A stretch of 14,153 bases of DNA, from NCBI GenBank assembly GCA_963752155.1, contig CAVVXH010000003.1, positions 1 to 14,153 on the forward strand, written 5' to 3'. Under the pieces are notes generated by a model. The model was not told where the DNA came from and searched no databases. It saw nothing but the letters and a program-made list of their open reading frames with translations. The position numbers and the translations under genes were made by a program. This DNA comes from an uncultured Parachlamydiaceae bacterium. Lineage in GTDB: Bacteria; Chlamydiota; Chlamydiia; Chlamydiales; Parachlamydiaceae. Of the stretch, positions 1 to 8,301 are shown in pieces; the first letter of the stretch is position 1, and each line of letters starts with the position of its first letter.

Positions 1-19
1 AGGGGAGACACTCAGATAA

Positions 20-108
20 GCTAAAAAGCCTTTTTTACAGATCCAGGAGAACATCGAACTGTGGAAATTGGAACTAAAAAGATGATAGAAGAAATGGTAG
101 CGGCATAA
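20..108 (+). pseudogene. 3' remnant of an IS701-like transposase related to the one at 12697-14046
   Basis: Frame 2 reads AKKPFLQIQENIELWKLELK; a shift in the A-run at 76-80 continues KMIEEMVAA* (TAA 106-108). This aligns without gaps to the C-terminus KKKYFSHFDKNTELWKYELEEIMNQMSAA of the right-hand transposase (13/29 identical). In-frame TAA at 17-19. Confidence 0.7.
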
Positions 109-240
109 AATGCTATAAGTTATTTAATATTAAAAGATAAATTTTTATTATTTCTTAATAAACTCTTTATTAGAAAACTAACATTAAGACTATACAATGT
201 GTGTTGAAATAGTAAAAATATAACACCAAAGAGGTTTAAA

Positions 241-1660
241 ATGAGCAGTGTTAATAATAACAACTCCAAGCCAACATTTGAAGAATGGACGGCACTTTCT
301 TCAACTAAAGACGTTCTTTTCTTTAATAAAAAATCAAAAAAACTCGAATGCATGACCTACAGTAATCGCTTTACCCGATTTTTCAAGGTGATTTGGTATT
401 ACATGAAGGGTTATACAAGGGATTCTCACCTCATATTTAAAGGAATGGAAAACCTCATCAATCGTTCCGTCAAAGGAATTGATCTTAAAGCCCCCTCCGA
501 CGACGAATTTAACCAGTTGCTTGATACAGTAAAAAAGGTCAACCAAGTGACTCTACCTAAAATGATTCAACATTATGAGAAAAAAGGAAAAGAAGTCCAT
601 GTGATTGCAACTCAGCACTTGAAACAACAAATAGAACGAATTCTTAAAAGAAATCGAAGATCTAAATCGAGGGGATAAAGCAACTCCTGAACCAGATCAA
701 ACAAATCGTGAAGAGAAGAATCAAGCAAATTCCACGAATCCCTCGCCCCCAACTCCTACCTCTCTTGACGCAAATACCCCAAACTCTACCAATCCTTCAT
801 CTCCAACAACTCCACAAGAGCCTACACCACCAGAAACCACGAGTGTACCTACAGAAGCCGCCCCAGCCGCCCCCTCCTTACCGCCACCACCCCCTCCACC
901 AGCGATGCTCAGTAAAGAAGAAATGATTGTTAGACAACTCAGTAAAATAGAAAAACAAAAAAACTTTGTGACATACCTTCAATTTTTAAAACTTGAAAAG
1001 ACCCCTGTATTTCAAGGCTATCTGAAAACTAAGCAGAACTTAGATATTTCTATTGAAAAACAAAAGAGTCATCAAGAATTATTGACTAAATTTAGTCTGG
1101 ATACATTGAATGCTCACATCAACAGTATCGAAGAACAAATTCAAAAACCCGGGACAAACACAGTTGCCATCCCGCAAGATGGAGAACTGAAACACTATTC
1201 AATAGGAGCCGCAAAACAAACTCTTACTGAATTGAAAGACTTAGTGAAAGAAATTCAAGATACCGCGGACAGAGTTGTCCTTTTCACAAAAAAACTCGAA
1301 CAAGATGGAGCCAAAATTTTGGAGTTCGAAGGGGAGAAATTCCCTTGCTCAGAGTATAAAGATAAGCTTGCCCTCTTGGCAAACGTATCAGCTGCTGAAA
1401 TAAAGGCAAATGAAGACGACCTTGATTATGCAAAACAAAAAACAAACCTCGACCAGATGAATAACAAGCTTTTAGAACTACAAGGGAAGCCAGTCCCGAA
1501 AAAAGCTCGAGTAAAAAATCAAGCCCTCGTCCAAGCTCCCAGCTCCAATGATCAAAAGGCTGGCGGTTTAGGCGCCATGGGAATTGCGATTGCACAACGA
1601 GCCAACGCAAAGATGGCCGATAAACCTGATTTGATGAAGCTTACTGCGTTAAAGGCATAA
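241..1660 (+). CDS. Proline-rich, coiled-coil hypothetical protein of about 472 aa (putative secreted effector), split by one frameshift near 646-649
   Basis: The frame of ORF 905-1660 is open back to 635 and reads EIEDLNRGDKATPEPDQ...PSSPTTPQEPTPPETTSVPTEAAPAAPSLPPPPPPPAMLSKEE. It overlaps the end of ORF 241-678, and removing one A from ctt-aaaa-gaa joins them. Ser/Asn-rich N-terminus; Lys/Glu/Gln/Leu-rich helical C-terminal half. Confidence 0.75.
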
Positions 1661-1681
1661 GCTCACCAACCAACATTTCTT

Positions 1682-1713
1682 CCCGGGTCATGTCTTTGAC
1701 CCGGGTTTACTTT
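1682..1713 (+). terminator. Rho-independent terminator
   Basis: Perfect 9-bp stem cccgggtca / tgacccggg with a 6-nt loop, followed by tttacttt; starts about 20 nt after the stop at 1660. Confidence 0.8.
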
Positions 1714-1719
1714 GCCCCT

Positions 1720-1747
1720 TTCACCTCCAAAAATCCTTGTATAGAAT
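1720..1747 (+). promoter_or_regulatory. Possible housekeeping-sigma promoter for the LysR gene
   Basis: ttcacc-N16-TAGAAT about 45 nt upstream of ATG 1793; the -35 match is weak. Confidence 0.3.
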
Positions 1748-1792
1748 CTCCAACTGTTCTATTTGTGCATAACAAAGCCATACAGGAGATTC

Positions 1793-2692
1793 ATGGATTA
1801 TAATAAACTGATGTCGTTTATTACTGTTGCGGAAAACCGTAGCCTTGCCATTGCAGCAAAAGTATTACGACGTACTCAAAGCTCCATTACAGAACAATTA
1901 AAAACACTCGAAGAAGAACTCCAAACGAAGCTGATCGAACAGGTGGGCAAACAGATCATCCTCACTCCAGAAGGTCAGCAGATTTTTGATCTTGCTAAAG
2001 AAAAATTAGGAGATATTGATATCCATGTCGACCGCGTCATCTCCAAGGGGCAAACTGTAAAAGGAACTCTTAACATCGGGTTACTGAGCTATAAATCAAC
2101 CCCATTTCCATTCTATAAAACTTTAGGAAATTTTAAAAAAAATTACCCAGACATCCGTCTTGAAGTCAAAACGCTCCCTAATATCCACCTCGAAAAAGAG
2201 CTTTTGAATGAGTCATTAGATTTCGGATTCCTGACCGAGTTCGAACAAAGGAACCTATTTCATACGATTCAGACATCCACAGCCTCTCTGATACCGACAA
2301 CTTCCTGGCAATATCTGGAAAGAAAAGGGCCTTTTCAGGCAATGGACGACATTTTGAACGCCAATCTCATCGATTGTGACCTCAATTTACCTCATTTCAG
2401 GGGGTGGCTAAGGAAAAACAGCCCTTCTCTTGTGGAAGAATTGATTCACAAAACTCCCGATCTCATTGTTCCCGATCTCATTGCTGCGAAAATGGTGATT
2501 GAGGAAGGATATGGAATTGCAGTTCTCCCAGAACATCTTACCAAAGAAAACGTCCGTCAAAATAAATTGATTCATCTCCTGCCCCAAATGAAAGGGTATA
2601 CAATCTGGCAAGAACTGGGATATTGTAAATCGAAAATATTAGGACCTCACGAGCAGGCCTTTGTGGACTTCATTAAATCTCATACAGTTTAA
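1793..2692 (+). CDS. LysR-family transcriptional regulator (299 aa)
   Basis: N-terminal LysR HTH (LMSFITVAENRSLAIAAKVLRRTQSSITEQLKTLEEELQTKL...LTPEG), then GTLNIG, YPDIRLEV and GYGIAVLP of the substrate-binding domain. AGGAG RBS at 1784-1788 favours ATG 1793 over TTG 1763. Confidence 0.95.
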   Translation: MDYNKLMSFITVAENRSLAIAAKVLRRTQSSITEQLKTLEEELQTKLIEQVGKQIILTPEGQQIFDLAKEKLGDIDIHVDRVISKGQTVKGTLNIGLLSYKSTPFPFYKTLGNFKKNYPDIRLEVKTLPNIHLEKELLNESLDFGFLTEFEQRNLFHTIQTSTASLIPTTSWQYLERKGPFQAMDDILNANLIDCDLNLPHFRGWLRKNSPSLVEELIHKTPDLIVPDLIAAKMVIEEGYGIAVLPEHLTKENVRQNKLIHLLPQMKGYTIWQELGYCKSKILGPHEQAFVDFIKSHTV

Positions 2693-2705
2693 ATCCTGTT
2701 GGAGG

Positions 2706-3602
2706 TTAACTGTAAAGAAGGGCGGCCAAGTTATCTGAATGCCGCATAGGAACTTCGCGAAAACCCGCTACCCCCACATCATAACTCGCATCTGAAGACG
2801 CAAGGCGAACAACGCCGAACGCCCCCACTATCACTCGCCACAAATCCATATATTTTTCCTTAGTCGTGGTATAACCTTCTCCAAAAAAATATCCTTTTTT
2901 TGCCTGAGAGTGTGCAAAATTAATAATAAAAATGCCTGTGATTGCTTCGTTCATATTAGGAACCCGATACCCGTTGAATCTCAACGCATTCTCAATTGTT
3001 GGATAATTTTTGAATCGGCTATCTGGAATAATCCCTTTCGAGACTAATGCCCAATAGGATTTTCGCGCTGGACCATCGGGATATTTTCCACCAAAATCAT
3101 AAGTATGATAACCATTTTTGAGAAAATGAAATATTTTGCTCAAAGTTTTCCCATCCCGGGTCTCATTATTGATAGCCTCTGGAAAAAGGATCACCATGTG
3201 CGTTTGCCAAACCTTTTTGATTTGGCCATTTTGAAATCTAGAAATAGAGTTGTTAAAAAAAGGACAAGTTGCCTTTAGTGTCGATTTGAGTACCGCAAAT
3301 TGCTCGACAGTTAATAAAGCCTCTTCACCTACATCCTTAATGCCCGGGATGGTCAGCCATTTGTCTTTCCCGAACATCACCTCATCCAACATTCTTTGTT
3401 CTAAAAAAATTCCCAGCATATTGTTGAATGTTTTACAAACTCTACAAAAAACATTGCCGTCCGCGAAATCCATTTGTGGAAAGAGGTGACGCTTCCATAT
3501 TTCCTCAGGCGGACACGGAGCTAAGGAGATTTGGTCATTCCTAATATTACTATAACCTTTATACACTTCAACATCAGAATTAACATTAAAAACCATTTTC
3601 AA
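2706..3602 (-). CDS. F-box-like domain protein of an environmental-chlamydia-type effector family
   Basis: N-terminal PEEIWKRHLFPQMDFADGNVFCRVCKTF fits the F-box pattern (LPxEIwxxIFxxL...RVCKxW). Downstream FGKDKW...VGEE...CPFF...THMVILFPEAIN and SYWAL...SR.K.Y...GYRVP...EA blocks are recalled from expanded Parachlamydiaceae families (recall, not a search). Confidence 0.7.
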   Translation of the reverse strand: MKMVFNVNSDVEVYKGYSNIRNDQISLAPCPPEEIWKRHLFPQMDFADGNVFCRVCKTFNNMLGIFLEQRMLDEVMFGKDKWLTIPGIKDVGEEALLTVEQFAVLKSTLKATCPFFNNSISRFQNGQIKKVWQTHMVILFPEAINNETRDGKTLSKIFHFLKNGYHTYDFGGKYPDGPARKSYWALVSKGIIPDSRFKNYPTIENALRFNGYRVPNMNEAITGIFIINFAHSQAKKGYFFGEGYTTTKEKYMDLWRVIVGAFGVVRLASSDASYDVGVAGFREVPMRHSDNLAALLYS

Positions 3603-3709
3603 TTCCCATTATAAACTATAAAATTTGGATAATATTAAATATATTAAGTTAAGATAATATAAAGATATTAAAATTTTATTAAAGAAAGAGAAAAAAGGTG
3701 TTCGGAAAT

Positions 3710-3729
3710 GCCAAAAGTCGACTCTTGGC
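3710..3729. repeat. 20-bp near-perfect palindrome resembling the IS terminal motif
   Basis: gccaaaagtcgactcttggc is self-complementary except for one pair. Its left part gccaaaagtcga matches gcctaaagtcga (14138-14149) at 11/12. Confidence 0.55.
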
Positions 3730-3823
3730 TCTGTGGTTTGATCCTATCGAAAGAAAAACGACTTAGAAAGAGAGGCTCAAATGTTGCATTCGATGAAGCT
3801 ATAAGCTTTTATAATGCAGAGAC

Positions 3824-5461
3824 TCAATTAGGCTGATGTTGTTTTTCTGCCTTTCTTTGTTCCTGGCCTAAGCGTCCTAACTCATATCCCTCGTAATCGA
3901 CGAATTTGAAAAATCTTTCAAAAGCGGGAAATACTTTACAGACAGATTTCGCCATTTGTTGGGCCACGTAACGGTAATTTGGATGGCCTGCGGGAGAAGC
4001 CCTTAACTCACAGATCCATTGCAAAGCTCTGAGGTTAATATGAAAATACCAGCGAACATTGAAAGCCATAGGCACAACATATTGTGCTTCTTCTGGGAGT
4101 TCTGTAGCGATAATATCATAACATTCTTTGGCTTTTTGCATCGCCGCATGATAGTCTGATTCCATTCCCATGCCAACAATTTCAGGGGGAACAAAGTACC
4201 CATAATCACAGGTAAGTAGTTGTCTTTCTTGGGTCAAGAGGCGGTGACGATGTAAGTCTCGATAGACACCAAAATCTGTTAAGACTTCAAAGGTGAAAAA
4301 GGCATGTTCTAGAGCACGAGGAGATTTATGACGCCGGTTTTCTCTCGAACTGCATGCAGCATCTAGAATACGTCCCAACTCTTCATCCGGTAATTCTTTA
4401 CAATAACTCCATAAATCGTCTAATCCTTTGTCCGAATGTCCAAAAAGTAAAGCTGCGGCAACTTTAGTCAGCGCATCGGGATCATAAGAGATTAACCGTA
4501 CACCTTGTTCCATACTGCGCTGGGAAAACGCGACATTTTGAGCGGCAACGATGGCCACTTCCATGTTCATGGCTTCAGAATGATCCGCATAAGAGCGATG
4601 TGTTTTGTGAGATAAATCAGCTCTGCGGACAAAGGAGGGAATGGTTTTAGACAGTTCATCAAAAGTCCGTTTCCCAATATCTTGCAACTCCACAAGGTTA
4701 CTGCAATGCATCTTATGGATTAGATATTCAAAAAACCGACCATTTCCAAAAAGTCCCATATTGGTCAAGGTTCCTGCAGGGAGAAGTCCCCGCAAACAGT
4801 CGAGGACTTTTGCTCGAACCGAAGCGTTATACGCAGATTTCGAGGTCGTGGGATCATTGGGCATTTGCTCTTCGATTTTACTTGTAAGCTGAGGGATGAG
4901 TTTAGAATAAGTGTCGAACAATAAATTGCAGGTGCTGAGATAGATATCTCGGTAGGCTGACGTCATTAATATCGGTTCTCGATAAAAAAGATAATCTCCT
5001 TTCACCTTCTGATCGAAATAAATATAACGCGTAGATTTTTCCAAAGGAGATCCACCAATACGATTATCTTCAATTACTTTGGCCGCAATCATTGAAACGT
5101 TTTCAATCGCAAGATGGGCACCCCCAAGCTCCCCAATCGAATCATCCCCATAGCCGTCAAGGATTCTGTCATAAAAGTTTTGCGCGCGTTTAATTGCAGC
5201 TTCCTGGTCCGAGTCTGCATTCTGAGCTGTTGAAGAGGCTACCATCGAGTTAAAGGCACTTTCATCCGAATTAGACACAAATTCTTTTAGCAATAGAGAC
5301 CGAAGTCCCAGACTTGACCGAGAATAACGGGAAAAAAGAGCCCCCTTCATCACCTCAGGTAGATTGCGCAAAGCAAAAATATGGCCCCTTGTGTTTGTGA
5401 CGTACTTTTCCAGAATTTTCTTTTGACTTTCAGTAAATTCCTCATAATCGTCTTGTAACAT
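3824..5461 (-). CDS. thyX: FAD-dependent thymidylate synthase, long tandem-Thy1-domain (chlamydial) type
   Basis: 545 aa. YGDDSIGELG and LEKSTRY in the N-terminal half; SPRALEH, YRDLHRHRLLTQERQ and NLRALQWICELR in the C-terminal half. RBS AAGGTGGA just upstream of the ATG. Confidence 0.95.
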   Translation of the reverse strand: MLQDDYEEFTESQKKILEKYVTNTRGHIFALRNLPEVMKGALFSRYSRSSLGLRSLLLKEFVSNSDESAFNSMVASSTAQNADSDQEAAIKRAQNFYDRILDGYGDDSIGELGGAHLAIENVSMIAAKVIEDNRIGGSPLEKSTRYIYFDQKVKGDYLFYREPILMTSAYRDIYLSTCNLLFDTYSKLIPQLTSKIEEQMPNDPTTSKSAYNASVRAKVLDCLRGLLPAGTLTNMGLFGNGRFFEYLIHKMHCSNLVELQDIGKRTFDELSKTIPSFVRRADLSHKTHRSYADHSEAMNMEVAIVAAQNVAFSQRSMEQGVRLISYDPDALTKVAAALLFGHSDKGLDDLWSYCKELPDEELGRILDAACSSRENRRHKSPRALEHAFFTFEVLTDFGVYRDLHRHRLLTQERQLLTCDYGYFVPPEIVGMGMESDYHAAMQKAKECYDIIATELPEEAQYVVPMAFNVRWYFHINLRALQWICELRASPAGHPNYRYVAQQMAKSVCKVFPAFERFFKFVDYEGYELGRLGQEQRKAEKQHQPN

Positions 5462-5495
5462 GAATATCCACCTTTTCTATGGCTACTTATAAAGC

Positions 5496-5511
5496 ATCAG
5501 TAAGCGTGCCA
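5496..5511 (-). promoter_or_regulatory. Candidate sigma54 (-24/-12) promoter upstream of thyX
   Basis: Minus strand reads TGGCACG-CTTA-CTGAT versus consensus TGGCACG-N4-TTGCW: perfect -24 box, correct spacing, GA instead of GC at -12; 35 nt upstream of the start codon. Confidence 0.45.
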
Positions 5512-5628
5512 TACTTGAACGAAGTCTTGCAAGTAAAATCTGAGACGAAAATTACTATTGTCTTCGGAAAGATGAGATATGGTAGTATCAAAATAATAAA
5601 AAAGAATATTAGGATTGCGCACTTTGTG

Positions 5629-6514
5629 ATGAAGGAAGATTCAGAAGAGAAAAATTTATTGAACTTAATAGTTTGGGTTTATTTCCTGGACCTCAAGAAA
5701 CCGAAGATGATTATTCTAATCGAGCAGCGTATGCTCTTTCCCTTAAAAACCTACTGGGTACAGAGCTTGGAAATGCCATTCCGTTCTCCGGCATGCCTTT
5801 TGCCGAAGAAGAGCGCTTGCTAACGCCTCTAAAAATTACAGAAAAATTCGATGGAATTGCTCCATCCTGGGTCCCAGTTATTTTTAGTAATTATCATTTG
5901 AAACCTTGGCAAGGAGGGTGCGCTTGGATATTTCAGTTGACAGAAGACTCGCCAAAAGCCTCCCTTATTCAGTTAAGAAAACAATTTCGCGATAAAGATC
6001 ACTATTTGAAAATTTACAACAAAGATGAACTTTTGGCACATGAATTTTCGCATGCGGGGCGCCTAGCTTATGAGGAAGCGAAGTTTGAAGAATTTTTTGC
6101 CTACAGAACTTCATCTTCTTGGTTTAGAAAGATTTTCGGTCCTATAGTTAAATCTTCAACCGAAAGCCTAATGTTTTTAATTGTTTTATTCGTTGGATTG
6201 ATGCTGGATCTTTCCGCTATGAGCATGCACAATGAGAGAATGTACACCATCGTGCTCTATTCTAAATTAATCCTCTAGGGCTTATTTTTCTCGCACTTGG
6301 GAGACTTTTCCTCAGACATAGACAGCTAAATCATTGTTTTGAGAAGCTAAAGCAAACCGTAGAAGATACTGAAAAAACCAATGCATTACTTTATCGTCTG
6401 ACAGATTCAGAAATTATCTATTTCAGCAAAGCCGATCTAGCTCACATTCATGCCTATATTCAGGATCAAAGAACCAAATCTTTCCGTTGGAAATTCTTGA
6501 TCGGTGCATTTTAA
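5629..6514 (+). CDS. Hypothetical membrane protein with HExxH motif (about 295 aa), two apparent frameshifts
   Basis: MKEDSEEK (ATG 5629) shifts near the A-run 5650-5654 into KFIELNSLGLFPGPQETE. HEFSH at 6039-6053, followed by a hydrophobic segment LMFLIVLFVGLML. A second shift near 6270 continues PLGLIFLALGRLFLRHRQL...LLYRLTDSEIIYF...FRWKFLIGAF* (TAA 6512-6514). Confidence 0.75.
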
Positions 6515-6515
6515 C

Positions 6516-7982
6516 TCAGTATTGTCTACGCTGTTTGGCATTCCCTATCTGCATTTCAAAACGATATTTGGCGACTGTTCGACGTGCGCATGGAACCCCT
6601 TTCTTCTCAAGAAGCTTTGATAAAGCTTCATCAGAAAAAGGATGTTTCTTATTTTCTTGATCAATCATTTTCTTCAATAAATCCCTCACTGTGTTAGAAG
6701 AGATGTCGGAACCTTCGGCTGTAGTGTAGCAGCCAGAAAAAAAATACCGTAGGGGGAAGATACCAAGAGGAGTATCGATATATTTATTTGCTACATATCT
6801 TGCGCTATCGTCGATTCATGTAAATTTAATTCCTCAGCCAAAGTTTTCATGGTTAACGGAAGGCAACTACCTTGAAGATTCTGATCAAATAATTTTTCTG
6901 GTGGTTCTGCTATGTGCTTTCTGCAACCCTATAAATTGTTTCGTTTCTTTGATCAATGTTTTTCAAAAGCCACTTTGCTGACATCAGTTTGTTTTTAATA
7001 AATTCCTTCGTTTCTTTTGATAATGTTTCATCATCAGCATTTGCAAATAAGGTATTTAATCTAATGGTCGGAAGCCCTCCTCATTTATTAATACTGATAA
7101 TTTATCATCTTCTTGCACTAAAGTGACATCCGGAACAATATGCTGCACCCATTTATAAGAGTATTGAGTCCCTGGGTTCAAATCGAGTTGGGAGATCTTA
7201 GTGTGTATGACTTCTTGGATTTCTTCAACTGAGACCTTCAGTCCTTTTTTAATATTTGGTATCCGGTTATGTAATAAGTCATCGAAGTGACAATCAATAA
7301 TCTTATAGGCTAGGCTTTCCTGTTGGTTACGGAAAAGAGAGCTGCAGTAACAGGCATTCCCTTAAATCACGGGCCCCTACGCCAAAAGGTTCAAAAGTTT
7401 GAATGACCTTCAAAATCCTTTCGAGATCGCTGACATTAAAGGTATTAAGTAATCCGATCTCGTTCAACGAAGACAGTAAATAGCCTTTCTCATCCAAACT
7501 TCCTATGATCACTTCTGCGATGGCCAAATCTTTTGGACAATCAAACGACTCTTTTGATTGTTGAGTAAGATGTTCAAAAAGAGTCTCTTTTGATTGAATT
7601 GACTGTTCTAAAAATGATTTTAATTTTTCCTCATCAGCAGTCTTAGTAGTGTAGTAGTTTTCACTCTCTTTAAAATGATCTCGAAAATCTTGGTCTAATT
7701 TCTTCATAATTTCAAAATCGTCTGTCTCAGAAACGACAACTCCTGTTCGGGGGAATCCTCTTTATCCTCTTCAGCCTCTGCATTCTCTTTATCCTGAGTA
7801 GGTTCATCATACTCCAGCACTGGGTTTTGCTCTAACTCGGCTTCGATAACTCCCGACAATTCCATGATCGGCATTTGCATCAACTGAATCGCTTGCTGCA
7901 TTTGTGGAAGCATGATCAAACGCTGCAACTGCTTCTGATTCAGACTCTGCTTTTGGTTAAAATCCATAAACATTGAGCACAT
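6516..7982 (-). CDS. rpoN: RNA polymerase sigma-54 factor, multiply frameshifted in this sequence (sequencing error or pseudogene)
   Basis: Gln-rich region I (MQQAIQLMQMPIMELSGVIEAELEQNPVLE), IIGSLDEKGYL, IQTFEPFGVGARDLRECLLLQL, HIVPDV, AKWLLKNIDQRNETI, PLTMKTLAEELNLHESTIA, and the RpoN box ARRTVAKYR; TGA at 6516-6518. GGAGG 6 nt before ATG 7982. Frame breaks near 7732, 7333, 7090, 6915 and 6803. Confidence 0.95.
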
Positions 7983-8081
7983 TTTCAGCCTCCAACTTAG
8001 CCAAAATTCAACGTGACGGGCAGAAAGACCCTCTTATTGAACCATACCCCTATGACGACTATATCCCAAATTCAAACGGTA

Positions 8082-8109
8082 TTGACAAGAAAAAAAATAT
8101 ATTCACACT
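8082..8109 (+). promoter_or_regulatory. Putative sigma70/sigma66-type promoter for the partner-switch operon
   Basis: Perfect TTGACA (8082-8087), 16-nt A-rich spacer, then CACACT as an imperfect -10. Confidence 0.4.
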
Positions 8110-8139
8110 AAAGCTATCGAGTATAGGGCTGTCATCTAG

Positions 8140-8228
8140 CCTCTGTTCTCAATGCCATTCTCTCGGTGTACTCTGTGTTCTATGTGGTTTATTTTTTACC
8201 ACCGAGATCAAAGGGCACATAGAGGAGG
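8140..8228. repeat. Degenerate REP-like tandem/inverted repeat in the rpoN-operon intergenic region
   Basis: Units ctctgtt / ctcggtgt / ctctgtgt / ctatgtgg are followed by their complements: tctcggtg (8161-8168) pairs with caccgaga (8200-8207), and ctatgtg (8180-8186) with cacatag (8216-8222). Confidence 0.5.
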
Positions 8229-8301
8229 AACCGCTTATCAAGCGGAATTTGATGAAACAGCCCTGTATCGACTAAGATTCAACCCATTAAATAGGTTCGT
8301 T

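Noticed and set aside
708..926. 72-aa Pro/Gln/His-rich ORF
   Set aside because: Off-frame shadow of the Pro/Thr-rich linker of the 241-1660 gene.
3824..5461. Double-length ThyX as a novelty
   Set aside because: The tandem-domain ThyX is already known from chlamydiae.
5479..5823. 114-aa ORF divergent from thyX
   Set aside because: Covers the AT-rich intergenic/promoter region; only MKEDSEEK from 5629 appears to be real coding sequence.
8140..8228. CRISPR array or tRNA
   Set aside because: Units are short and degenerate with no spacers; no cloverleaf and no cas genes.
8213..8230. GGCAC as a sigma54 promoter for the switch operon
   Set aside because: No TGC at the -12 position; the TGGCAC at 6034 likewise lacks a -12 box and lies inside a CDS.
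7973..8301. 100-aa ORF 7973-8275 and the 50-aa N-terminal extension from ATG 8152
   Set aside because: Both run through the promoter and repeat region and have no recognisable protein features.
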